From: an uncultured Clostridia bacterium
GTDB taxonomy: Bacteria > Bacillota > Clostridia > TANB77 > CAG-508
DNA: 64,000 nt
Direction of reading: 5' to 3'
Assembly: GCA_946529215.1 (NCBI GenBank)
Contig: CAMMZC010000001.1
Span: 158,180 to 222,179 of the forward strand
Positions 1 to 10,168 of the stretch are shown here, piece after piece. The notes under the pieces are model-generated. The model had not been told where the DNA came from and searched no databases. It was given only the letters and a program-made list of their open reading frames with translations. A program made the position numbers and the translations under genes. Positions within the stretch are counted from its first letter, which is position 1. Every line of letters starts with the position of its first letter.

Positions 1-80
1 TATTTGATAGTTACATAATTTAAGAACTTTATGTGTTAAACTATAACATATATTCCATACTGTAAAATTTAATCAAATAA

Positions 81-938
81 TTATTTTCTCATTTGTTGTA
101 ACAATTGTTCTTTTTTTTCTATACTTTCTTTTAGTCTTTTTATTTCTTCAATAAAAAATGTATTTTCATCTTTGCTTTTCAATTCTAAAAATCTTATAAA
201 CATATCTATTAATTTTCCTTCTTGAATATCTTCAAATAAAACTGTATTATAAGGAACTGTATTTATTATTTCTTTTGATTTTATAATACTTCTAGTTATG
301 TTTTTTGCATTATATTTAGATTTTTCATCATATTTTCCAAGTGTAATTATAGTATTGGCTTTTTTTAATAATATCCCTTCTGATATTGTTCCAATTAAAC
401 TATTTATATTATCTACCTTTTGTGTGGTCATAGCTACAACTACATCAGCGGCACTTAATATTTCGATTTTCGATTTTTTTTCTAATTCTCTATCTATATC
501 TATTATTACTGTATCATAAACTTGTTTTGACAAATTTATAATTTGTAAATATTGTTTTTGTATTTCTTTATATTGTTCTTCAGTTCCATTATATCCTTGT
601 AAAACCTCAAATCTTCCTTTTAAAGCAACTCTCGTATAATCTGTTATTATGTCTGGTGTTATTCTATTACTTCTTATTATTCTATCTAGACCTTCAATTC
701 CATTATCATTAACTGCCAAAGAATTAGTATTAGGTCCAAATAGTCCTGACCTCTTTTTAGATTGAGGAGGCCATAGTGCTTTTCTTATTTCACTATTATT
801 CAAAGAAGTTGATATAAATAGAATTCTTTTATTTTGCATAATTCCCATATAGGTTGCGAGCGAAATTGCTGATACAGTATTTCCAGTTTGATCTTTGCAA
901 TTTGTATAAAATGCTATTACTGCCATTATTACTATCAT
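81..938 (-). CDS. ParA/MinD-superfamily (CpaE-like) pilus-assembly ATPase homologue with degenerate Walker A
   Basis: 285-aa ORF. N-terminal KDQTGNTVSAISLA sits where the deviant Walker A KGGxGKT of MinD/ParA/CpaE lies but lacks the key Gly/Lys. Last of three co-directional genes after a CpaB-like gene. Start (938 or 926) uncertain. Confidence 0.4.
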   Translation of the reverse strand: MIVIMAVIAFYTNCKDQTGNTVSAISLATYMGIMQNKRILFISTSLNNSEIRKALWPPQSKKRSGLFGPNTNSLAVNDNGIEGLDRIIRSNRITPDIITDYTRVALKGRFEVLQGYNGTEEQYKEIQKQYLQIINLSKQVYDTVIIDIDRELEKKSKIEILSAADVVVAMTTQKVDNINSLIGTISEGILLKKANTIITLGKYDEKSKYNAKNITRSIIKSKEIINTVPYNTVLFEDIQEGKLIDMFIRFLELKSKDENTFFIEEIKRLKESIEKKEQLLQQMRK

Positions 939-996
939 TCCCTTCTATAGAGGTATAAATTTCAAATATAATTTTTTTAAACTTTCCTCTTAGCAA

Positions 997-1701
997 TTAA
1001 TTGTTTTCTCTTTCTTTAATAATTTTTCTAATTTTATTTGTACTTATATCACCCAAAATATTTTGTACTATATATATTATGCTTTCTTGATATTCAGGGA
1101 TAAGTTTTTTCAATCTAGCTTTATAAACTCTTTGATTATCTTCTATTAGCATTTGGTTTTCATCTAAACATGGTACATATAGTGTAAAATCATTCCATAT
1201 AACTCTTGTATCCATAGATAGATAATTAAGATATTCTTCATCTTCTTTTTTCATATTATAGTTCATTAAAATTTTTGATAAATTTAAGTTTATAGACAAT
1301 TTTTTTAGTATTTCTACACCTTTTCTTAATGAATAAATATCAAACCTAGTAACAAAATAATTTTTCCCTGCTTCTTCTATCTCAAAATTTTCTATCATTT
1401 CTTCTGTATCTATATCTATAAGCATATAGTCATAATTTAAATTATCAATATCTTCATTTCCTCTAACTCCAAGATATCCTGCTATATCTGCTATATTTCT
1501 AAATCCAATAGCATAGTCAACATTATCAAAATCTGTAACATATGACTTAGTAGGATCTATAGCTGGAACTATATACTTTGATTTTTGTAAAATTGTAGTG
1601 TCAACAACTATTACTTTTTTTCCTATTAGTTCTAATGTTTTTGCTATATATGCAATTAAATCTGTCTTATCAGTTGCTCCTATAAATCCTATTTTTTTCA
1701 T
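997..1701 (-). CDS. second ParA/MinD-like protein (degenerate P-loop GATDKTD)
   Basis: 234-aa ORF beginning MKKIGFIGATDKTDLIAYIAKTL..KKVIVVD, the MinD/ParA N-terminal beta-strand/P-loop/helix pattern without a canonical GKT. RBS GAAAGGAAAC precedes the ATG at 1701. Confidence 0.4.
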   Translation of the reverse strand: MKKIGFIGATDKTDLIAYIAKTLELIGKKVIVVDTTILQKSKYIVPAIDPTKSYVTDFDNVDYAIGFRNIADIAGYLGVRGNEDIDNLNYDYMLIDIDTEEMIENFEIEEAGKNYFVTRFDIYSLRKGVEILKKLSINLNLSKILMNYNMKKEDEEYLNYLSMDTRVIWNDFTLYVPCLDENQMLIEDNQRVYKARLKKLIPEYQESIIYIVQNILGDISTNKIRKIIKERENN

Positions 1702-1777
1702 AAATGTTTCCTTTCTATTTTTTAGTTAAATTCTTATATAATAGGAAATGGTAACTTTCCTTTGAAAATAAAATCCA

Positions 1778-2887
1778 TTATTGTTGAGTTACAGGTAATG
1801 TTTGTAAGTAAGATTTTCTTTGTTCTTGTGATGCTGTTATACTTGCCTCTGACTTAGAGCCTATATTTTCACTCTTTCCATCGTCAGTAACAGATTTATC
1901 AATTGCGTCTCTTATAGCTTGTCTTTTTTGAATAATTCCATTTATTGCTTTTCTTACCATATTAGGATCATTATCTAGCATTGTTTGCACTGAACGATTA
2001 GGATAATATGTAATTGTTGCCGGTTTTTGATTTCCTGCTTCTGTATATCTTGTAGCATATAATTTTGATCCCTCTATTTGATAATTTTCTACAATTGCAC
2101 ATGATAATAATAAAATTTCTTCTTCCGTTAAATTCATTTGAATTGTGTCAGATAAATATTGTCCATTCACAACAGGTATAGAAACTTTTTTTCTAGATGT
2201 AACTATATAATTTTGTCCATTTGGAAGCATTAATCTTACATCTATATATTCATTAGGTTTTAAATCTACAGGCAATGATATTACATTATATTCTTCTTTT
2301 CTTAAATCATTTGTAGTAACTTCGTCTGAAGGAACTATTGCATCTTTTGTAATAACAGTATTAGCCTTCATATTTATTTTAGCAATTACATAATCTACTT
2401 TTGCGACTTCTATATATACTTTTTGATTATTTTTATCTAAATAAAAAGCTTTGTCTCCGCCACTCAAAGTTGTAGCAGGTTCATTTTCGCCATCTTTATA
2501 TAAAATTTTATCTCCTTCTTGTCCTTCAAATTTGTAATAATAATAGTTTTTTCCACTTGATGGTGTATTAATGTTTCTTCCCTGTGTATCAACAATTTCC
2601 GCATCTTTAATCATATTATTTACATCTGCTGTAGCATTTGATGGTATAGCTGTATTTGATACATTTCTTCTTTCAAACATATTTGGTAATAGTGTTTCTC
2701 CTGATTCTACATCTTGTTTCAGAACATATACTTCTGTTGTTGAAAGTTTATATTTTTGTATTTCGTCTTGTTGACTCTTAATTTTTAAATACAAAAAAGC
2801 TACTACTAATGCTGCTATTATCAACATCAATAGCATTCCTAATAAAAATGATATTCTTGATTTTCTTTGCATTGGGTTTGTTGCCAT
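1778..2887 (-). CDS. CpaB/RcpC-like (SAF-domain) Flp/Tad pilus assembly protein, N-terminal membrane anchor
   Basis: 369-aa ORF with a single N-terminal TM (ISFLLGMLLMLIIAALVVAFLYL), then a VYVLKQDVESGETLLPNMF segment resembling the SAF domain of CpaB. Strong RBS TAGGAGGAA. Followed by ParA-like genes as in Tad loci. Confidence 0.45.
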   Translation of the reverse strand: MATNPMQRKSRISFLLGMLLMLIIAALVVAFLYLKIKSQQDEIQKYKLSTTEVYVLKQDVESGETLLPNMFERRNVSNTAIPSNATADVNNMIKDAEIVDTQGRNINTPSSGKNYYYYKFEGQEGDKILYKDGENEPATTLSGGDKAFYLDKNNQKVYIEVAKVDYVIAKINMKANTVITKDAIVPSDEVTTNDLRKEEYNVISLPVDLKPNEYIDVRLMLPNGQNYIVTSRKKVSIPVVNGQYLSDTIQMNLTEEEILLLSCAIVENYQIEGSKLYATRYTEAGNQKPATITYYPNRSVQTMLDNDPNMVRKAINGIIQKRQAIRDAIDKSVTDDGKSENIGSKSEASITASQEQRKSYLQTLPVTQQ

Positions 2888-3080
2888 ATTTAATTCCTCC
2901 TAAAAATTACATTATAATTTGATCTTATATTCAACTTTAATTTTACAACATTTTGTTTTCAATTTCAACAAAATATTCTTATGTTACATAAATTTAATAT
3001 TTTTGTAACATTTTTGTAATATTATATATAACTGTTTTATTTATATAATTTCAAAATAAAAACTAACTTCTGTCAATATA

Positions 3081-4799
3081 CTATACGTAAATCGTCTGAT
3101 TATTCTTATAAATTACAAGTCCTGGTTTATTACCTGGAACCTTTTTTACAAAACTTACTTTACAATAATCGACTGGCACATTTGAAGAATTTTTTGCCTT
3201 GCTATGTTCAGCTGCAATTCTTGCTGCCTCATAAATTATATTTTCTGGTACAAGTTCATTTGGATTTGTTTTTAAAATAACATGACTTCCATGAACATCT
3301 TTGGTATGAAACCACAAATCATCTTTTTTGGCAAACTTATTGGTTAAATAGTCATTTTCTTTGTTGTTTCTTCCTACATAAATTGTAAAACCATCTATTA
3401 TATATTTTATAGGATTAAATTTTGCAAATTTATCTGAAGTTGTTTTACTTGGTTTTTTCGATTTTGTTTTTTTATTTTCAAAAAATTTTTGAAAAATCTC
3501 ATTTTCTGCAATTTCATTATAAATTTCCTGAACATCTTCAATATTTTTGCAATTTTCGAGTTCATATATTGTACTTTCTATATAATCTATTTCCTCAATA
3601 GTTTCTATTTTTTGCTGTTTTACAATTTCAGATGCATTTTTAAGTTTAGAATATTTTTTAAAAAATCTCTTTGCATTATGTTGTGGAGTATACTTTTTAT
3701 CTAAAGAAATCTCTATTAACTCATTATTTTTGTAATAATTTTCTAAAGAAATTTTATCTACATTATAATTAGGAATTTTATATAAATTTGCAGTAATCAA
3801 TTCCCCATACAATTTATATTTATCCATATTTTTGCATTCAGATAGCTTTTCATCAATATTAACCAGACGTTTTTCATATTTTTTTAAAGTTGATAAAATA
3901 ATATTAAGTAAAGTATTTCTATAATTTATAAAAATCTCACTATTTTCTTTTTTAAAGTAAAAATCATCTAAACTAAAATTCAAAGAAAACTTATTATTAC
4001 TTTCTTCTTTAGCAAAAGTCAAGCAATAATCTTTTGGAATACCATTTTTTTCTGATATGACTTTTATTTCCAAATTCTTTTTATTTAAGATATCTACAAT
4101 AACGTCATAAACACGATGTGCAATGGATTTTGTTGATAAATAATCGTTTTTTGTCTCAAATTGATTTATTACTTCTTTTAGATTCATTAAACTAATTCCA
4201 TTATATTTTTTCGAAATAGAATCTAGTACATCGATATCATCTTCTAGACTTAACTTTGAATAAAAATCTTCAAAGTTTTTCGCTTCTAAAAAATCAAATT
4301 TGTTTCTTGTGGGTTCAAAATATCTAGCTGTAGGATAAATATCTCTTTGAGCATTTTCTTCAATTGATGTATGTCTAATGCTATCAATTATAATTCCATT
4401 TTTATCTATCAAAACTATATTGCTGTGTTTGCTCATAAGCTCTACAATTAAAGTTTTCTTTTCTATTTTATTCGAATTTTCACTGTTTTCTAAATCTATA
4501 AATACTATTCTTTCTAACGCTTTTGTGTATATTTTTTTTATTTTATAACCTAAAATATGCTTACGTAGTAACATACAAAAATTAGGTGCAACTTGCGGAT
4601 TTTTTAGGTTATTTGTTGTTATATGTATCCTATAATTATTTGAAGAAATACATGCTAAAAGTGCTATATTTGTAAAATTTCCATAAAGTCCTAAAACAAC
4701 AGTATTTTTATCTGGTTGATATATTTTATCTATTTTATAATCTATTAAATTTTGCAATTCATCTACAACTTTTTTTGTTACTATTCCATCAAAAGCCAT
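3081..4799 (-). CDS. rqcH: ribosome quality-control protein RqcH (NFACT / FbpA family)
   Basis: MAFDGIVTKKVVDEL N-terminus typical of NFACT-N, and C-terminal DUF814-like WFHTKDVHGSHVILK. The ATG at 4799 is preceded by GAGGAGAG, so the annotated ORF start at 4862 is probably too long. Confidence 0.85.
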   Translation of the reverse strand: MAFDGIVTKKVVDELQNLIDYKIDKIYQPDKNTVVLGLYGNFTNIALLACISSNNYRIHITTNNLKNPQVAPNFCMLLRKHILGYKIKKIYTKALERIVFIDLENSENSNKIEKKTLIVELMSKHSNIVLIDKNGIIIDSIRHTSIEENAQRDIYPTARYFEPTRNKFDFLEAKNFEDFYSKLSLEDDIDVLDSISKKYNGISLMNLKEVINQFETKNDYLSTKSIAHRVYDVIVDILNKKNLEIKVISEKNGIPKDYCLTFAKEESNNKFSLNFSLDDFYFKKENSEIFINYRNTLLNIILSTLKKYEKRLVNIDEKLSECKNMDKYKLYGELITANLYKIPNYNVDKISLENYYKNNELIEISLDKKYTPQHNAKRFFKKYSKLKNASEIVKQQKIETIEEIDYIESTIYELENCKNIEDVQEIYNEIAENEIFQKFFENKKTKSKKPSKTTSDKFAKFNPIKYIIDGFTIYVGRNNKENDYLTNKFAKKDDLWFHTKDVHGSHVILKTNPNELVPENIIYEAARIAAEHSKAKNSSNVPVDYCKVSFVKKVPGNKPGLVIYKNNQTIYV

Positions 4800-5018
4800 A
4801 AGTATCACTCTCCTCTTAAGTATTATATCATATTTGTCAAGTGTATTAAAAGGCAGGAGCACAATTCCTGCCTTTATGTATTACTTTTTGGACAAGCCAC
4901 TCAAAGTAAAACTATAAAACCAAGAATAATACCCCTGTCTTTAAAAATTTAAACAATACTTTATTAATCATTCTAAATCTATAATTTAAAATATTTGCTA
5001 CTTATAATCAAGCATTAC

Positions 5019-5225
5019 TTATCTGTTTATCATATTGTTTTCAACTTGTTGAATCATTTTTTTAACCATATTTCCACCGATTCTACCAGCGTCTCTTGCA
5101 GATATATCTCCATTGTATCCATCTTTTAAGTTAACTCCAACTTCGCTAGCTACTTCATATTTGAATCTATCTAAAGCATTCATAGCTTCTGGAACTAATT
5201 TCTTATTACTATTGTTGTTTGCCAT
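5019..5225 (-). CDS. alpha/beta-type small acid-soluble spore protein (SASP)
   Basis: 68 aa. KLVPEAMNALDRFKYEVASEVGV and GDISARDAGRIGGNMVKKMI are the two conserved SASP alpha/beta blocks. Confidence 0.9.
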   Translation of the reverse strand: MANNNSNKKLVPEAMNALDRFKYEVASEVGVNLKDGYNGDISARDAGRIGGNMVKKMIQQVENNMINR

Positions 5226-5710
5226 TTTAATTCACCTCCTGTTAATATTAACATTTTAGAAAAATCTTAATATTTTTTATTTTATTTATAAGATGACGTA
5301 ATTTAATGTATAAATACATTTTAAAATACAGTAACTCTTATAAATATTGAAAAGCAATTTGCTTTTTCTAAAATTATGATATGCATTTTAAAATTTTATA
5401 AACAGGAAATTTTTTGAAAAATTTAATTTAAAAATTTTTAAAAAATATTGCAATTCATAACTTATAAAATATAAATTTGCATAAGGGAATAATATTATTT
5501 TCCAAAAAAATTTGTAAAGCATTTTTCTAACCAAACAAATTGTGTGAAACTTACTATAATAATACTTCTAATATTGTCGAAATTCGTGAATAAGCCATTT
5601 TTATTTAAAAAGTTTTTTCTTTTGATTAAAAACACCGTCAAAATGCATTGTGATCAATCCTCAGCTTAGTGCCAAAAAATGGGGTGCGTCGAAATTTTTT
5701 TATAAAATTA

Positions 5711-5739
5711 TTGAATTTTTGTAAAAATAAAGTTATAAT
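5711..5739 (+). promoter_or_regulatory. sigma-A type promoter upstream of glmM
   Basis: TTGAAT (5711-5716), 17-nt spacer, TATAAT (5734-5739). Gives a leader of about 155 nt. Confidence 0.5.
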
Positions 5740-5902
5740 GCATATAACAAATTTCAAATTTATATATTAAAAAAGAATATAAATTTTTATAGAAACTGCA
5801 AAAATTAAAAAAAGTCACCAGTGTTATTTTAAATATTTTAAGTGGTTTATAGGTAAATCCTCTATTAAAAACCTAAATATATTATACAAGGATTTGATTA
5901 TA

Positions 5903-7267
5903 ATGAGAAAATATTTTGGAACAGATGGAATTAGAAGAATTGCAAATACTGAATTAACACCAAATTTAGTTTTTAAAGTTGCAAAAGCAGGAGCTTATGT
6001 GCTTTCAAAACATACAAACCATACACCAACTATTTTAATTGGAAGAGATACACGTATTTCTGGCACACTTATTGAAAGTGCAATGGTTGCAGGTTTTTTG
6101 AGTTATGGTGCAAATGTTAAACTTCTTGGAGTAATTCCAACACCTGCAGTTGCATATTTAACAAGAAAATTAAATGCAGATGCAAGTGTTGTAATTTCTG
6201 CATCACACAATACCTACGAATTCAATGGAATTAAATTTTTTAGTAATAAAGGCACAAAAATTTCAGATGATTTAGAAGAAGAAATTGAAGAAATTATGGA
6301 GTCTAATAAATTAGACGATTTAACCGCTGTTGGCGATAAAATTGGTATATCTGAATATGCTTTAGATTTAGTAAATGAATATGTATATTTCTTTAGAAAA
6401 AATTTTGACGATGTTTTTGAAAAATATAATAATAATAAATTTATTGTTGGAATAGATACCGCAAATGGTGCCACTTACAAAGTTGCAGAAAAAGTATTTA
6501 AATCTTTAGGGATTAATTATAAAATAATTAACAATTCGCCTAATGGAATAAATATCAATCAGAATTGTGGTTCTACTCATCTGGAAGGATTAAAAAAATT
6601 TGTAGTAGAAAACAATTTAAGTCTTGGAATTGCCTATGATGGTGATGGTGACAGATGTCTTGCAATTGATGAAAATGGAGAAGAAATTGATGGAGACAAA
6701 TTAATGGCTATAATTTCTCAAAATCTAAGAAAACACGGAAAGCTAAATAAAGACACAATTGTCGGAACTGTAATGAGTAATCTTGGACTAAATAAATATT
6801 GTAGAGATAATGACTTAGAATTTTTACAAACAAAAGTTGGAGACAGATATGTTTTAGAAGAGATGCAAAAAAACGGATTTAATTTAGGTGGTGAGCAATC
6901 TGGTCATATAATTTTGCTTGATTATAACCCTACAGGAGACGGAATTTTAACATCTTTAATGCTTATAAAATCAATTTTTGAAGAAACCAAAAAAGCTTCA
7001 GAATTAGGAACATTAGTTAAAAAATACCCTCAAATTTTGGTTAATGCCAAAGTAAATTCAGACAAAAAATATGATTATGAAAAAGATGAAGAAATAAAAA
7101 CAGAAATAACAAAACTAGAAAAAGAATTTGCAGGAAATGGCAGAGTATTAATTAGGCCTTCTGGCACAGAACCTCTTGTTAGAGTAATGATTGAAGGTGA
7201 AAATCAAGAATATATTTCTCAAAAAGCAACAGAACTTGCAAAATTCATTGAAGAGAAATTAAAATAA
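5903..7267 (+). CDS. glmM: phosphoglucosamine mutase
   Basis: MRKYFGTDGIRR start, active-site SASHNTYEFNGIKFF, GDGDRCLAID metal loop. The ATG at 5903 follows AAGGA. Confidence 0.95.
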   Translation: MRKYFGTDGIRRIANTELTPNLVFKVAKAGAYVLSKHTNHTPTILIGRDTRISGTLIESAMVAGFLSYGANVKLLGVIPTPAVAYLTRKLNADASVVISASHNTYEFNGIKFFSNKGTKISDDLEEEIEEIMESNKLDDLTAVGDKIGISEYALDLVNEYVYFFRKNFDDVFEKYNNNKFIVGIDTANGATYKVAEKVFKSLGINYKIINNSPNGININQNCGSTHLEGLKKFVVENNLSLGIAYDGDGDRCLAIDENGEEIDGDKLMAIISQNLRKHGKLNKDTIVGTVMSNLGLNKYCRDNDLEFLQTKVGDRYVLEEMQKNGFNLGGEQSGHIILLDYNPTGDGILTSLMLIKSIFEETKKASELGTLVKKYPQILVNAKVNSDKKYDYEKDEEIKTEITKLEKEFAGNGRVLIRPSGTEPLVRVMIEGENQEYISQKATELAKFIEEKLK

Positions 7268-7359
7268 ATGTTACAGCAAATATTTATAAAGTTTCATAAT
7301 AAGACCACTAAAAAGTAAAAACGTTCTATAAAACACAACAGGAAATTTTTCAAAAAGTC

Positions 7360-7388
7360 TTGCCAAATGTTAAAATATGTGATAAAAT
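7360..7388 (+). promoter_or_regulatory. sigma-A type promoter of rpsT
   Basis: TTGCCA, 17 nt, TAAAAT. Confidence 0.5.
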
Positions 7389-7429
7389 AGTTGATGTTAT
7401 ATAAAAGAGCAATAAAAGGAGGTGCAAAA

Positions 7430-7699
7430 ATGCCAAACATTAAATCAGCTAAAAAAAGAGTTAAAATAATAGAAAAGAAAACTTTAAGAAACAATATGAT
7501 CAAATCAGCTTACAAAACATCAGTTAAAAAATTCGAAGCTGCTATAGAAGCTGGAAATTTAGAAGAAGCTAAAACACTATTTTCAGAAGCTACAAAGAAA
7601 ATAGATCAAGCTTGTTCAAAAGGTGTTATTGTTAAAAATACTGCAGCTAGAAAAAAATCAAATCTAGCTAAAAAATTAAATACTGCAACTGTAGCTTAA
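7430..7699 (+). CDS. rpsT: 30S ribosomal protein S20
   Basis: [21 protein letters not shown] is the S20 signature N-terminus. AAAGGAGGTG RBS precedes the ATG at 7430. Confidence 0.95.
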   Translation: MPNIKSAKKRVKIIEKKTLRNNMIKSAYKTSVKKFEAAIEAGNLEEAKTLFSEATKKIDQACSKGVIVKNTAARKKSNLAKKLNTATVA

Positions 7700-7745
7700 G
7701 ATTACAGTAATTTGTTTAAAAAATTATGCATAGTTTTTTAAAATA

Positions 7746-7787
7746 AAAAGCTTTTGACTTTAAATTGTCAAATGCTTTTTATTTTTA
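7746..7787 (+). terminator. rho-independent terminator after rpsT
   Basis: Stem AGCTTTTGAC / GTCAAATGCT followed by TTTTTATTTTT. Confidence 0.6.
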
Positions 7788-7868
7788 TTAAAAACAAATC
7801 ATTTTAAATTTCCAATATAACTATTAAATCAAGATTTAACTGTAATTTGTTTAATTTTTCAAAAATTA

Positions 7869-7897
7869 TTGAAATATTATCAAAATTATTATATAAT
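7869..7897 (+). promoter_or_regulatory. sigma-A promoter of serS
   Basis: TTGAAA (7869-7874), 17 nt, TATAAT (7892-7897). Confidence 0.55.
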
Positions 7898-7959
7898 ATA
7901 GTTCATAAATATAACAGATTCATCCAAGCATAAAGCATAAATGAAAGGAAGTATGTATT

Positions 7960-9246
7960 ATGATAGATATCAAATTTTTAAGAGAAAATCCAGATGTAGT
8001 AAAAGAAAATATCAAAAAGAAATTTCAAGATCACAAATTAAAATTAGTTGATGAAGTATTAGAGCTTGATGTAAAAAACAGAGAAGCTAAATTAAATGGA
8101 GATAATTTAAGAAGTGAAAGAAAATCTTTAAGCTCTCAAATTGGTAATTTGATGAGAGAAGGTAAAAAAGATGAAGCTGAAGAAATTAAAAAACAAGTTG
8201 AAGCTATAAATAAAAAATTGGAATTAAATGAAAAAGTAGAAAATGAATATTCTGAAGAAATAAAACAAAGAATGATGAAAATTCCAAATATTATGCATGA
8301 GTCTGTTCCAATCGGTGAAGATGATAGCAAAAATGTTGAAATTGAAAAATTTGGAGAACCTATTGTTCCAGATTACGAAATTCCATATCATGGTGAAATA
8401 ATGGAAGCTATTGGAGGGCTTGATTTAGATAGTGCTCGCCGTGTTGCAGGAAATGGTTTTTATTATTTAGTTGGAGATTTGGCAAGACTTCATTCTGCAG
8501 TTCTAACTTATGCTAGAGATTTTATGATAAATAAAGGATTTACATACTGCATTCCCCCTTATATGATTCGTTCAGATGTTGTTACAGGTGTTATGAGTTT
8601 TGAAGAAATGGATGCTATGATGTACAAAATTGAAGGCGAAGATTTATATTTAATTGGTACAAGTGAGCATTCTATGATTGGTAGATTTAAAGATCAAATC
8701 CTAAAAAAAGAAGATATGCCATACACAATGACTTCTTATTCTCCATGTTTTAGAAAAGAAAAAGGTGCTCATGGTATTGAAGAACGTGGTGTTTACAGAA
8801 TTCATCAATTTGAAAAACAGGAAATGATTGTTGTATGTGAACCTGAAGATAGTTGGGAATGGTATGATAAAATGTGGTCATATACAGTAGAATTCTTTAG
8901 AAGTATGAATATTCCTGTTAGAACTTTGGAATGTTGCTCTGGAGATTTGGCAGATCTTAAAGCAAAATCTTGTGATGTTGAGGCTTGGTCTCCTCGTCAA
9001 AAAAAATATTTTGAAGTTGGAAGTTGCTCAAACCTTACAGATGCACAAGCTCGTCGTCTTGGAATTAGAATTAAAGGTGAAAATGGAAACTATTTTGCAC
9101 ATACTTTAAACAATACTGTAGTTGCCCCACCTCGTATGCTAATTGCAATTGTTGAAAATAACTACCAGCCTGATGGAAGTGTAATAATTCCAGAAGTTTT
9201 AAGACCATATATGGGAGGACTTGAAAAATTAGAACCAAAACATTAA
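7960..9246 (+). CDS. serS: seryl-tRNA synthetase
   Basis: 428 aa. N-terminal coiled-coil arm (MIDIKFLRENPDVVKENIKKK) and class II core motifs (YSPCFRKEKGAHG, RIHQFEKQE, GSCSN). Confidence 0.95.
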   Translation: MIDIKFLRENPDVVKENIKKKFQDHKLKLVDEVLELDVKNREAKLNGDNLRSERKSLSSQIGNLMREGKKDEAEEIKKQVEAINKKLELNEKVENEYSEEIKQRMMKIPNIMHESVPIGEDDSKNVEIEKFGEPIVPDYEIPYHGEIMEAIGGLDLDSARRVAGNGFYYLVGDLARLHSAVLTYARDFMINKGFTYCIPPYMIRSDVVTGVMSFEEMDAMMYKIEGEDLYLIGTSEHSMIGRFKDQILKKEDMPYTMTSYSPCFRKEKGAHGIEERGVYRIHQFEKQEMIVVCEPEDSWEWYDKMWSYTVEFFRSMNIPVRTLECCSGDLADLKAKSCDVEAWSPRQKKYFEVGSCSNLTDAQARRLGIRIKGENGNYFAHTLNNTVVAPPRMLIAIVENNYQPDGSVIIPEVLRPYMGGLEKLEPKH

Positions 9247-9344
9247 AACCTCGGACAAATTTATGCTTTCAAGAATGTTCAGTCAATTAAGCTTATTACT
9301 TAAAAGACAGCTAATAAAATTTAAATAATTCAACGGAGGTACTG

Positions 9345-10151
9345 ATGAAAAAAAGTGACATTATTTTAAGCTTTATATTTTTTATAGGTATTGTTGTTTT
9401 AGCAGTTTTATTGCCAATTGCACTTAAAACTGCTAAATCATATGCTGTCTCAGATGCATGTGCAGATAGCTTTATAAAATTTCAGCAAGAAAACACAGAA
9501 ACTATTTTTTCTATAGATAAAATAACGTATTTTAGTAGCTGTAACGCTAAAAGTGATACAAATTCTAACTCATCTTTCACAATTTCAGATTTGTACCAAT
9601 ATACAGATATTGCTATATTTTTAAATCCAAATAGTGAAAACTTCACAAGCAAAAACACTCTAAAATCAGTTACTATTAGTGATATAAAATACGACCTAAA
9701 GCCTAGCATAGGCACACAAAATTTGTATTACAAAGGTATCTCTGAATTTGCTAAGACACAGTTTTTCGAAGAAAACTTAATAAAAGATTCAATAACTTTT
9801 GAAACTACATCAGAAAATGAGATTGATTACTCAAAGCCTGTTTTATACAATAATTGTGCAAATCCTATTACTTTGTGCTATGTAAACTCCAAGCTCAAAG
9901 ACAATTACACATTTTCAAATGATATTTCAAATTTAACTTATAATGGCTCTTTACTAAAAATGTGTGGAATTACTTTAAGTTCACTAAATTGTCAAATTAG
10001 TTTTACAATTACAATCACAAACAATTTAGATGAAAAGTATTCTTGTCCACTTATTTTAAATATTCCACTTTCTACAGAAGAAAGCACAATTTATGATGGT
10101 ACTTTAACAATTAAAGACTCAGTAAATTATAAATTTATAAAAAAGTTGTAG
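9345..10151 (+). CDS. hypothetical membrane-anchored/secreted protein
   Basis: 268-aa ORF with GGAGG RBS and an N-terminal hydrophobic anchor (IILSFIFFIGIVVLAVLLPIAL). The remainder is Ser/Thr/Asn-rich. No motif recognised. No terminator between serS and this gene. Confidence 0.5.
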   Translation: MKKSDIILSFIFFIGIVVLAVLLPIALKTAKSYAVSDACADSFIKFQQENTETIFSIDKITYFSSCNAKSDTNSNSSFTISDLYQYTDIAIFLNPNSENFTSKNTLKSVTISDIKYDLKPSIGTQNLYYKGISEFAKTQFFEENLIKDSITFETTSENEIDYSKPVLYNNCANPITLCYVNSKLKDNYTFSNDISNLTYNGSLLKMCGITLSSLNCQISFTITITNNLDEKYSCPLILNIPLSTEESTIYDGTLTIKDSVNYKFIKKL

Positions 10152-10168
10152 AATTCTACAACTTTTTT
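10140..10168. terminator. bidirectional terminator shared by convergent genes
   Basis: AAAAA-GTTGTAGAATTCTACAAC-TTTTTT, a perfect 18-nt palindrome. Both TAG stop codons (10149-10151 plus, 10156-10158 minus) lie inside it. Confidence 0.7.

Noticed and set aside
5226-5893. glmS ribozyme or another riboswitch in the 668-nt region before glmM, including the GC-richer patch at about 5633-5695.
   Set aside because: The downstream gene is glmM, not glmS, and I find none of the conserved glmS core sequences. The patch has no convincing stem. It is left as an unexplained intergenic region pending an Rfam scan.
7790-7959. T-box leader expected upstream of serS.
   Set aside because: The spacer after the promoter is only about 60 nt. 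It contains no specifier-loop, T-box (AGGGTGGTACCGCG-like) or terminator/antiterminator sequences that I can see.
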